Positions 1-7,477 of a stretch of 64,000 nucleotides of DNA are shown piece by piece. The position numbers and the translations under genes are program-made. This stretch comes from an uncultured bacterium (GTDB lineage: Bacteria > Fidelibacterota > UBA2242): positions 32,441 to 96,440 of the forward strand of contig CAZNUN010000008.1 of the NCBI GenBank assembly GCA_964576275.1, given 5' to 3'. The notes beneath the pieces are model-generated. The model was not told the DNA's origin, searched no databases, and saw only the letters and a list, made by a program, of their open reading frames with translations. Positions within the stretch are counted from its first letter, which is position 1, and each line of letters opens with the position of its first letter.

Positions 1-992
1 TTGCCGGTGCATTGCTGCATACTTTAAACCATTCCTTATTCAAGTCTTCCTTATTTTATGCGGCTGGCAATGTCTATCGGGCAATTCATACGCTGAACCT
101 GGAATCGCTGGGCGGATTATTCCGGAAAATGCCGCAAACTGCTATGCTATTCCTGCTGTCGGCCCTGGCGATCTGCGGATTGCCGCCTTTCAACGGTTTT
201 ATTTCGGAGTTTATTCTTTACGGCGGGCTGTACCAAGGCAGTCTGCAGGCATCTCCGGTGAAAGCCCTAATTCTCATGCTGTCAATTTTAGGATTGGCGC
301 TGATTGGCGGATTGGCGTTGCTCTGTTTTACAAAAGCCTTCGGGATAGTTTTTCTGGGAAATCAACGGAAATCTCTTCCGCAACAAGATTGGAAAGAAGG
401 CCCGGGCAATCTGATTCCGCTTTACATTAACAGCGGGCTGATCCTGGCAATCGGCCTGTTTCCGGCAACATTTGTAAAATTGCTGAGCGCTCCGCTGGCA
501 TTGTTCGTCCCGAATTTTAACCAGGCATTTTTTGATTTCGAACTTCTTCAAAATCTGCAACAAGTCAGCCGGGCGACTGTCGGTCTGTTTGCCGTGTCTT
601 TTATTGTGCTGGGGATCAGGTATCTTGTCACGCATAGAGCCGTTAGAGAGGTTGGACCGACGTGGGGCTGCGGATATACCGGCAGAATGGACAAGATGCA
701 ATACACTGCAACCTCTTTCGTGAGAATGTATCGCAAACTCGCTGCACCGGCATTGCTGGTTCACCGGAAAAATGTCGAAATCCACGAGATATTTCCGCAT
801 GAAAAGCGCACCTATGAAACTCACCCGGAGGATGCTCTGGAGATAAATCTGATCGATAAACCGATTAATTTATTACAACGTTTTCTCTCGCTTTTCAGGT
901 TTATCCAGAATGGAAAAATCCAAAATTACCTGTTGTATGGCTTGGTATTTCTCCTGTTGATCGGGCTGCTGAGCTGGAGCAAACTCATATAG
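1..992 (+). CDS. NuoL/HyfB(HycC)-like proton-translocating antiporter subunit of a complex-I/hydrogenase-4-like module; 5'-truncated by the window edge (frame is open to position 1 and the track start is TTG)
   Basis: Polytopic membrane protein with NuoL/M/N-family style helices ('LFYAAGNVYRAIHTLNLESLGG...MLFLLSALAICGLPPFNGFISEF'). First gene of a co-directional nuo/hyf-like operon. No stop upstream in frame. Confidence 0.55.
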   Translation, partial: AGALLHTLNHSLFKSSLFYAAGNVYRAIHTLNLESLGGLFRKMPQTAMLFLLSALAICGLPPFNGFISEFILYGGLYQGSLQASPVKALILMLSILGLALIGGLALLCFTKAFGIVFLGNQRKSLPQQDWKEGPGNLIPLYINSGLILAIGLFPATFVKLLSAPLALFVPNFNQAFFDFELLQNLQQVSRATVGLFAVSFIVLGIRYLVTHRAVREVGPTWGCGYTGRMDKMQYTATSFVRMYRKLAAPALLVHRKNVEIHEIFPHEKRTYETHPEDALEINLIDKPINLLQRFLSLFRFIQNGKIQNYLLYGLVFLLLIGLLSWSKLI

Positions 993-995
993 ATT

Positions 996-1901
996 ATGCA
1001 GGCTTTGGTACTAATATTATTAATAAGTTTGTTCTTTGGCGGAATAGTCATAAGAACCAAGAGCGTCTGTGCCGGCCGGAAGGGACCGGGAATATTTCAA
1101 CCGCTGAAAGACATCTGGCGGCTGATGCGCAAAGGTGCCATTTTCAGCAACACCGCGACTGTTCTGACCCGCATCGCGCCCTCGATCTACTTCGCTAGTG
1201 TATTGATTGCGGTAGCGTGTATTCCATTCGGGAATGTTAAGGGGCTGCTTTCCTTTCAGGGTGATCTCGTGTTTTTTGCGTATGCCCTGGCGCTGGGTAA
1301 GTTTTTCATGATTGTTGCGGCGCTGGACACCGGCAGCAGTTTCGAGGGGATGGGGGCCAGTCGCGAAGCTCACTTTTCAATGCTGACCGAACCGGCTTTC
1401 TTCGGAGTGATTGGCTCGCTGGCCTTATTTACCGGGCGTACTTCATTTCACGATATTTTTACCTGCTTGCATTTTGGGAATTATTTATCCTATGTATTGG
1501 GTTCGATCATACTGGTCATTTTTATTATAATAATGCTGGTCGAAAACAGCCGTATGCCGATTGACGATCCGAACACTCATCTGGAACTCACCATGATTCA
1601 TGAGGTGATGGTTTTGGATTACAGCGGATTCGACCTGGGGCTGATTCAGTACACAACCAACCTGAAGTTTGCGATGTACTCTGCTCTGATTGCCAATTTG
1701 TTCACCGGTATGCTGCCGGTCGTGCCGGAAATTCTGATATTTCTCGGAGCCGGCTTTGTATTGGCGGTAATAGTTGGCGGCGTAGAGTCGTTTACCGCCC
1801 GGTTGCGGATGGGCAGAAATCCACAGTTCATTTTTTTGCTGACCTCATGGGCATTGTTATTATTCCTGCTGGTTTTATTCATCACAGGGCGGTTCAGTTA
1901 A
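996..1901 (+). CDS. NuoH/HycD(HyfC)-like membrane subunit (complex I subunit 1 family)
   Basis: 'GPGIFQPLKDIWRLMRKG' resembles the QP(F/L)xD(x)xK loop of NuoH/HycD. About 8 TM helices. Separated by 4 nt from the previous gene. Confidence 0.6.
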   Translation: MQALVLILLISLFFGGIVIRTKSVCAGRKGPGIFQPLKDIWRLMRKGAIFSNTATVLTRIAPSIYFASVLIAVACIPFGNVKGLLSFQGDLVFFAYALALGKFFMIVAALDTGSSFEGMGASREAHFSMLTEPAFFGVIGSLALFTGRTSFHDIFTCLHFGNYLSYVLGSIILVIFIIIMLVENSRMPIDDPNTHLELTMIHEVMVLDYSGFDLGLIQYTTNLKFAMYSALIANLFTGMLPVVPEILIFLGAGFVLAVIVGGVESFTARLRMGRNPQFIFLLTSWALLLFLLVLFITGRFS

Positions 1902-2531
1902 ATGAAAGCCATTATCCTCATATTATTTGCCATTTCATTGTTGAATATTTCAATTTCGAATCGTCTGCGTGGTTTTGCCAGGATTCTCGCGTTCCAGGGT
2001 TTTTTGCTCTTTGTGCTGGCTTTTATCCAATTGCGTGAGGTTACCATTCTCAACCTGGTTTTCATCCTGCTTGAAACGCTTGTGTTCAAAACGATCGTTC
2101 TGCCGATTTTTCTGGATTACGTCATCAAGAAAAACCGGATGACACGGGAAACCGAACCTTACGTGCCATATTTCATTTCGCTATTAATTGTTTCAGCAAT
2201 TGTTCTGGCGTCCTTTATAATCGTCCAGCAAATCGAGGGACTGACCGGCAATACATTATTTTTTATCGTAGCGCTGTCCACTTTATTCACGGGATTGTAT
2301 ATCATCATTTCCCGTAAAAAACTGATCACACACATGATGGGTTATGTGGTCACGGAGAACGGGGTCTTTATTCTTTCACTGGCGATCGGGAATGAAATGC
2401 CCATGATGGTCAATACCGGTATTCTGATCGATCTGTTCATCGGCATTCTGGTAATGGGTATTTTCGTTAATAAGATCGGCGACGTGTTTCAAGAGGCCAA
2501 TAATGAATATCTCAGCCAGATAAGAGATTAA
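1902..2531 (+). CDS. Small polytopic membrane subunit, HyfE/MnhC-NuoK-like
   Basis: 209 aa and entirely hydrophobic helices. Directly abuts the flanking genes (stop/start adjacent). This position and size match hyfE in hyf/ech-type operons. Confidence 0.4.
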   Translation: MKAIILILFAISLLNISISNRLRGFARILAFQGFLLFVLAFIQLREVTILNLVFILLETLVFKTIVLPIFLDYVIKKNRMTRETEPYVPYFISLLIVSAIVLASFIIVQQIEGLTGNTLFFIVALSTLFTGLYIIISRKKLITHMMGYVVTENGVFILSLAIGNEMPMMVNTGILIDLFIGILVMGIFVNKIGDVFQEANNEYLSQIRD

Positions 2532-2532
2532 G

Positions 2533-3969
2533 ATGGTGCTTGGATTTTATTTCGGTATAGCGCTTTTAATCATTGCCGGCTTGTCCGTCAGCCGAAAAAT
2601 TAAGGGTTATATTGTTCTGCTGAGCCTGTTCAATCTCCTGCAATGGAGTCTTACGGTTTACGCTTATTTACATCTTAATTTCGAGACCGGTTTTTTCAAA
2701 GCCGATGCGCTGGCGGTTATTATGCTGATGGTGCTGAGCATCCTTTCAACGACATCTTCATATCACAGTATCTTTTATTTGCAGCATCATCACCGCTTGC
2801 ATTTCACTCCCGAACGAGCCCAGTCGATATATTACACCGGCCTCTGCCTGCTGATCATGGCGCAGACCGGCGCTTTTCTGGCCAGCCACATCGCCGTAAC
2901 CTGGATTTTCGTGGAAATCACGACCTTTGCCGCCACGGTCATGATTTACCATGAGCGCAGCGCCGAATCGATCGAAGCCGCCTGGAAATACCTGTTCGTT
3001 TGCTCGGTGGCGCTGACTTTGACATTTACCGGTATTCTGTTTCTGGGCATCGCAGCCGAAGAAGCCGGAACGGTTAATCTGTTTTACACTTCACTGGTCG
3101 CCCATGCTCCGGCTTTTAATGCATTCTGGCTGAAGATAGCCTTTCTTTTGATCCTGATCGGGTACAGCGCCAAGATGGGTATTTTCCCGATGCACACCGT
3201 CACGATTGACGCTCATACTGTCGCGCCGCCTCCGGTAAGCGCGTTTATCTCCACGACGCTGATGAATGTCGGTTTCGCAGGTATTTTCCGGATGTATGCG
3301 GTCATCGCTCCGACTTCTTCTTTTACTTGGGCCAAACATGTTCTGCTGATCGTTGGGATGTTATCTGTGTTCGTGGCGGTGGTTTATTTGGTCAGCGTCA
3401 GGCATTTCAAACGAATGTTCGCGTATTCCAGCCTGGAGAATATGGGACTGGTCGCCATCGGACTGGGAGTGGGCGGCCTGGCCTATTACGCCGCGATCCT
3501 GCATCTGATCTTGCATTCATTTACCAAAGCCAGTATGTTTTACCAGATTCAGCAGGTGCATCAGTTGTTTAGGTCTTACATCATCCGGAAAACGGGCGGC
3601 TATTTCAAGGCTTACCCGGCGGGCGCAATAGTCATGCTGTTGTGTTTTATCTGTATTGCAGGCATTCCACCGTCCGGGATGTTTATCAGTGAGTTTCTGC
3701 TGGTCGAGGCTATGTTCGCCGGCCGGATGTTCGTGATACTGGCCATTTTGCTTTTACTGCTCACATTCGCGGTCTGGGCGCTCGGGAAAAATTTCACGCA
3801 GCTGATCTTTTCCGAACCGGATCAATCGATCGAAGTCCAGTCCGAAACGCTCAATCCCGTTCACACCATTTCACAGTATGTCCTGCTGGGATTAGTGATC
3901 TATCTCGGTCTGAATCCGCCGCCGCAGATGGTCGCTCTGATTAATGCGGCTATTAACATCGTCCCATGA
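2533..3969 (+). CDS. NuoN/NuoM/HyfF-like proton-pumping antiporter subunit
   Basis: 478 aa, 14-TM-like profile. Contains 'KMGIFPMHTVTIDAHTVAPPPVSAFISTTLMNVG', the conserved broken-helix region (K...H...P) of the NuoM/N/L family. Confidence 0.6.
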   Translation: MVLGFYFGIALLIIAGLSVSRKIKGYIVLLSLFNLLQWSLTVYAYLHLNFETGFFKADALAVIMLMVLSILSTTSSYHSIFYLQHHHRLHFTPERAQSIYYTGLCLLIMAQTGAFLASHIAVTWIFVEITTFAATVMIYHERSAESIEAAWKYLFVCSVALTLTFTGILFLGIAAEEAGTVNLFYTSLVAHAPAFNAFWLKIAFLLILIGYSAKMGIFPMHTVTIDAHTVAPPPVSAFISTTLMNVGFAGIFRMYAVIAPTSSFTWAKHVLLIVGMLSVFVAVVYLVSVRHFKRMFAYSSLENMGLVAIGLGVGGLAYYAAILHLILHSFTKASMFYQIQQVHQLFRSYIIRKTGGYFKAYPAGAIVMLLCFICIAGIPPSGMFISEFLLVEAMFAGRMFVILAILLLLLTFAVWALGKNFTQLIFSEPDQSIEVQSETLNPVHTISQYVLLGLVIYLGLNPPPQMVALINAAINIVP

Positions 3970-5464
3970 TATTATGGAATTTGTAGAAATAAAAAACCAC
4001 GCCAGCATCGCTCTCTCTGCCATTCCGGTATTGGATTATGATTTTTTTCGGCGCCGGAATGTGGATTTGCTCGGCGATGAAAATAATCACTGTGTAGCTC
4101 TGTTTGGTTATCCATTCGGCAAATCTTTGCGTTTGATTTGCGGTATTGCCGACGACCGCAATGGGATAATCCGGATTTTATCAACTGTGATTAACCCGAA
4201 AGACGAATATCCGTCGCTTACGGCTCAGCGCCCGGCTTTGCATATTTTTGAGAGAGAATTGTATGAAAATTTCGGCATTCGCTACAGCGATCATCCCTGG
4301 TTGAAACCGGTCCGTTTTCCACAAAACGCACCCACAAATAAAAATATTCCCGACTACCCGTTTTACCGGATCGACAGCGAAGAACTGCACGAGGTGGGCG
4401 TCGGCCCCATTCATGCCGGAATCATCGAACCGGGACACTTTCGTTTTATCTGCAATGGAGAACAGATTCTGCACCTCGAAATTCAGCTGGGTTTCCAGCA
4501 CCGCGGAATCGAGCGCCTGTTTACGGAGAAGAAGGGTCTGCTCGAACGTGCGACCCTCGCGGAAAACATCGCCGGTGATACGGTCGTCGGGCATACGCTG
4601 GCTTTCGTAAATCTCTGGGAAAGCCTGTGCGGTTTCACGGTTGGCCGGGATTTGCAATTTGCCCGGACGCTGGCGCTCGAACTCGAACGGATTGCGATTC
4701 ATACCGGCGATCTCGCCGCCCTCTGCACCGACATCGGCTATCAGCTCGGCAATGCCGTCCTGGGGCGTTTGCGCACCCCGTTGATTAATTTCTTCCAGCA
4801 GTGGTGTGGCAACCGGCTGGCCAAAAGCCTGATTCGCGCCGGTAAAACCAATTTTTCTTTCACGACGGAACTGGCCGGAAAACTTAATGACATTCTAAGT
4901 GCTTATGAAGCCGATTTCCTGGAAATAGCCGACAAAGCCTTTCATCTGCCGACTATTCTGGCCCGCTTCGAGAAGACTGGAATTGTCACGACTCAACAGG
5001 CGGCCGCAATCGGCGCAGTGGGCATGACCGCCCGTGCCAGCGGATTAGTCCGCGATGTTCGGATTAGTCACCCGTTCGATTTGTACGGGGAACTGGGACA
5101 CCGACCGGTCGTCAAGCACCATGGGGATGTTTATTCGCGCGTCCAGGTCCGGAAGGAAGAGATCGGGCAGTCGCTCGGTTATATCCGAAAATTAATGCAG
5201 GAAATACCGGATGTTCAGCCGCTTCGAGAAATGGGTAAGCCGCAGCCGGACGCCCTGGCGATTTCCCTGACGGAGGGGTGGCGGGGCGAGATCTGCCATT
5301 GCGCCGTTACCGGTGAGGACGGCCAGCTTATTCATTACAAAATAACCGATCCCTCGTTGCACAACTGGCTGGCGCTGGCCCTGGCCGTGCGGAATAATGA
5401 GATTTCCGATTTCCCAATTTGCAATAAAAGTTTCAATCTGTCTTATTGCGGACACGATTTGTAA
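3944..5464 (+). CDS. NuoC-NuoD fusion / group-4 [NiFe]-hydrogenase large-subunit homolog (HycE/EchE-like) without the canonical L1 Ni-Fe cysteine ligands
   Basis: 'VGVGPIHAGIIEPGHFRFICNGEQILHLEIQLGFQHRGIERL' aligns with the NuoD/large-subunit N-terminus 'GPQHP...LRL...GE.V...P.IGYLHRG.EK'. At the position corresponding to L1 (RxCGxCxxxH) it reads 'IAGDTVVGHTLAF', with no Cys. The C-terminus reads 'DFPICNKSFNLSYCGHDL' instead of DPCxxCxxH. The N-terminal ~150 aa is NuoC-like. The start could instead be the M at 3974. Confidence 0.65.
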   Translation: MRLLTSSHDIMEFVEIKNHASIALSAIPVLDYDFFRRRNVDLLGDENNHCVALFGYPFGKSLRLICGIADDRNGIIRILSTVINPKDEYPSLTAQRPALHIFERELYENFGIRYSDHPWLKPVRFPQNAPTNKNIPDYPFYRIDSEELHEVGVGPIHAGIIEPGHFRFICNGEQILHLEIQLGFQHRGIERLFTEKKGLLERATLAENIAGDTVVGHTLAFVNLWESLCGFTVGRDLQFARTLALELERIAIHTGDLAALCTDIGYQLGNAVLGRLRTPLINFFQQWCGNRLAKSLIRAGKTNFSFTTELAGKLNDILSAYEADFLEIADKAFHLPTILARFEKTGIVTTQQAAAIGAVGMTARASGLVRDVRISHPFDLYGELGHRPVVKHHGDVYSRVQVRKEEIGQSLGYIRKLMQEIPDVQPLREMGKPQPDALAISLTEGWRGEICHCAVTGEDGQLIHYKITDPSLHNWLALALAVRNNEISDFPICNKSFNLSYCGHDL

Positions 5465-6231
5465 CCAGGTCGATCATGTTTAAAACACTCAGCATTTTAA
5501 TTCATCAGGGCAAACAGTACATACCGCAACCGACCGAGGCCGAAGTACCGGGAATATTCCGCGGCCGGCCGCTGATCGGCCTGGCGGACGTTGACGAATC
5601 CGCTTTGGCGGCGGTTTGCCCGGTTCAGGCCATCGGTGTCTCTCCGGTCAGCATTGATCTTGGCAAATGTACATTCTGCGGCGAATGCGCCCTGGCATTC
5701 CCGCACAAGGTCGGTTTTACCAAAGACTATAAACTGGCCACTAATGACCGTCGCCGGCTAATCATTTCAGCCGGTGACGACCAGCCGCTGCAAATCGATC
5801 CGGTATTGGTGCGGAAAGAGATTTTTAAATATTTCCGCGGCTCGCTGAAACTTAGGCAGGTTTCAGCAGGCGGCGATAATAGTTGTGAGCTGGAGCTGAA
5901 TGCCAGCGGTAACGTGAATTTCGACGTCGGGCGATACGGCATCGAGTTCGTGGCGTCGCCGCGCCATGCCGATGGTATCGTGATCACCGGCCCGATTACG
6001 AAAAATATGGCCGAGGCGCTGGAGATTTGCTACCAGGCAATTCCCGAACCGCGCATCGTTATTTTAGCCGGAACGGATGCCATCAGCGGCGGCATCTTGG
6101 CGGACAGTCCGGCGCTGGATCGCAGTTTCCTGGAGAAACATCCTGTCGATCTTTACCTGCCCGGCAATCCGGTGCATCCGCTGACTTTCCTAAACGGCGT
6201 GCTGGATCTCATCCGCACCCGTAAAACCTGA
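5446..6231 (+). CDS. NuoI-like ferredoxin domain fused to a NuoB/HycG-like small subunit, with degenerate Fe-S ligands
   Basis: N-terminal half: 'AAVCPVQAI' and 'CTFCGECALAFP', i.e. a single CP plus one CxxCxxC. C-terminal half: 'FVASPRHADGIVITGPITKNMAEAL', the NuoB signature GSPRHAD..VTG. 'GDNSCELE' stands in for CCxxE, 'AGTDAISGG' for GxCxxxGG, and 'LPGNPVHP' for PGCPP. An alternative start is the M at 5476. Confidence 0.6.
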   Translation: MRTRFVTRSIMFKTLSILIHQGKQYIPQPTEAEVPGIFRGRPLIGLADVDESALAAVCPVQAIGVSPVSIDLGKCTFCGECALAFPHKVGFTKDYKLATNDRRRLIISAGDDQPLQIDPVLVRKEIFKYFRGSLKLRQVSAGGDNSCELELNASGNVNFDVGRYGIEFVASPRHADGIVITGPITKNMAEALEICYQAIPEPRIVILAGTDAISGGILADSPALDRSFLEKHPVDLYLPGNPVHPLTFLNGVLDLIRTRKT

Positions 6232-6289
6232 CCGATCCCGTCATTTTATTCGACGAACAGCTCTAACCGTGTTCGGAACGGCCTAAAGT

Positions 6290-6480
6290 TTACGATTTGC
6301 TCGCTAATCCTCGTTATTCGTAAAGATTTCCTAGTTCGGAACTCGGTGAAGGCAGTCTGGAACTCCGATAACTTTACGTTTTACTCCGAATTCCTCGTTA
6401 TTCGAAAGGTTAGGCCCGCTTGGAACGAACCTGAGTGACTTATGATCTAATTCTGGCTCGTTCCGAAGTAACCTGAGTTC
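6290..6480. repeat. Non-coding region with short direct/inverted repeat motifs between convergent transcription units
   Basis: 'cctcgttattcg(t/a)aag' occurs twice. 'gttcggaac' / 'gttccgaa' occur several times in both orientations. 'aacctgagt' occurs twice. No ORF. Coordinates approximate. Confidence 0.3.
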
Positions 6481-6495
6481 GTTTGCAGGAAACCA

Positions 6496-6515
6496 AGACA
6501 CGGCAGGCCGTGTCT
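6496..6515. terminator. Stem-loop between convergent genes (candidate terminator; weak U-tract)
   Basis: 'agacacggc-ag-gccgtgtct' is a perfect 9-bp stem. It sits about 5 nt downstream of the stop of the minus-strand gene ending at 6521. No clean T-run follows on either strand. Coordinates +/-2. Confidence 0.3.
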
Positions 6516-6520
6516 CTACG

Positions 6521-7111
6521 TTACATCTTTTTCGCGACCTGATAGCGGATAATGGTTTTATATTTCTCGGGATTGCCCTTGCCGAACATACCGGGATCTT
6601 TCAGATATTCCTCTTCGTGCGGTCCGATGATGGTATAACCCTGGGCCGTAATGTAATCCATCAGTTTCTGGATAGTCGGCGACTCGGTACTGTACGGCCC
6701 GATATGCAAAATTTCCGCCACAGCGCCATATTGCCAAACCTCAATCTTTAACCCGGCCGGAACTTCCTTTAATGCGGTCAGGTCTGTGACGTCGTCAGGC
6801 AGAGGCAAAGCCCACAGTCCAATCCACTGTTCCTTGGATTGGTTGAAATCCGCCAGCCAGCGGGCGCGTGGCGCGGCCGGCTGGATGTTCTTGTGCTGCT
6901 TTTTCAGAGCGAAAAAACTCTTGAATAAATTCTTCATGACCGCACCGGCCTGGTTCGGATCGCCTTTCGATTCAATGACCAGCATATTCTGGTCCGGTTT
7001 AATGCTGATCTGTGGTGCGAGCAGCTTATCGTATTCGGACAAATCGCGCCGGCAGGCGTTTAGCCCGGCCAGCAGAATCAAACTCATTGTACAAAGTACC
7101 AGTTTTCGCAT
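6521..7111 (-). CDS. Lipoprotein with a GyrI-like (AraC-effector-binding/SOUL-like) small-molecule-binding fold
   Basis: Signal peptide with lipobox 'LLAGLNAC'. Length and pattern ('...EVWQYGAVAEILHIGPYSTESPTIQKLMDYITAQGYTIIGPHEEEY') are typical of GyrI-like domain proteins. SD 'GGGGGAAGAT' lies before the ATG. Confidence 0.4.
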   Translation of the reverse strand: MRKLVLCTMSLILLAGLNACRRDLSEYDKLLAPQISIKPDQNMLVIESKGDPNQAGAVMKNLFKSFFALKKQHKNIQPAAPRARWLADFNQSKEQWIGLWALPLPDDVTDLTALKEVPAGLKIEVWQYGAVAEILHIGPYSTESPTIQKLMDYITAQGYTIIGPHEEEYLKDPGMFGKGNPEKYKTIIRYQVAKKM

Positions 7112-7293
7112 ATCTTCCCCCTTATTTTTATCGCAGAGGACGCGGAGAAATTTAATACGTTTAAATTTTAAAATATCTCCACATTCTCAACGATCTCAAT
7201 GGTTTGTTCCTTTCTTAAAAGGCAACGTCAAGATAAATCGAGATAATATATACAAACAACGTTGCATGGAAGAGCGGCCGGATGTCAGCGGAC

Positions 7294-7308
7294 GGCACAA
7301 AGTGTGCC
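7294..7308 (+). promoter_or_regulatory. Sigma54-like -24/-12 element (GGCAC-N7-TGC) that is also a perfect 6-bp palindrome, and possibly a degenerate REP
   Basis: 'cGGCACaaagtgTGCc' lies about 165 nt upstream of the 7478 start. It also resembles the core of the REP elements at 40978-41408 (gggcacag...ctgtgccc). Coordinates +/-2. Confidence 0.2.
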
Positions 7309-7477
7309 CGCGTCAGATCCAAACAGGTTTTGATTTGAGATTCGGATTTTGTCATTCTCATTCCATTGTTGAACATCTTATTACTGCCGTTTGAATTTAA
7401 TTGACCGAACTGAATTTCTGAATTGCATTTTTCGGTTTGTTTTAATACGTTCAGTCAAATGTGAGAAGGAAATGGAC

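Noticed and set aside
288-1373. Reverse-strand and alternative-frame ORFs inside the hyf-like genes (288-824 -, 532-723 +, 548-736 -, 1020-1373 -)
   Set aside because: They are fully embedded in well-supported membrane-protein genes on the other strand or frame. No SD, no domain signal. Typical shadow ORFs of a GC-moderate coding region.
4440-4480. Cys in 'FRFICNGEQILH' of the large-subunit homolog, which at first looked like a remnant of the RxCGxCxxxH Ni-Fe motif
   Set aside because: Aligning with NuoD/HycE places this segment at the conserved N-terminal 'LRL..GE' strand. The true L1 position is about 45 residues downstream ('IAGDTVVGH') and has no Cys. The single Cys here is therefore not an active-site ligand.
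6232-6520. Checked the convergent-operon spacer for a tRNA or tmRNA (because of the 'gttcggaac'-type motifs resembling T-arm sequences)
   Set aside because: No cloverleaf can be assembled. No GTTCRANYC T-loop with matching acceptor stems. The motifs are scattered repeats rather than a structured RNA gene.
7391-7477. Track-reported starts at 7391, 25298, 54500, 33371 and others giving N-terminal extensions (MNLIDRTEF..., MLSKKEKK..., MKMDENK...)
   Set aside because: The underlying codons are TTG/GTG rendered as M by the ORF caller. In each case a downstream ATG with a good SD and a signal peptide or conserved N-terminus gives a more plausible start. CDS coordinates were trimmed accordingly.
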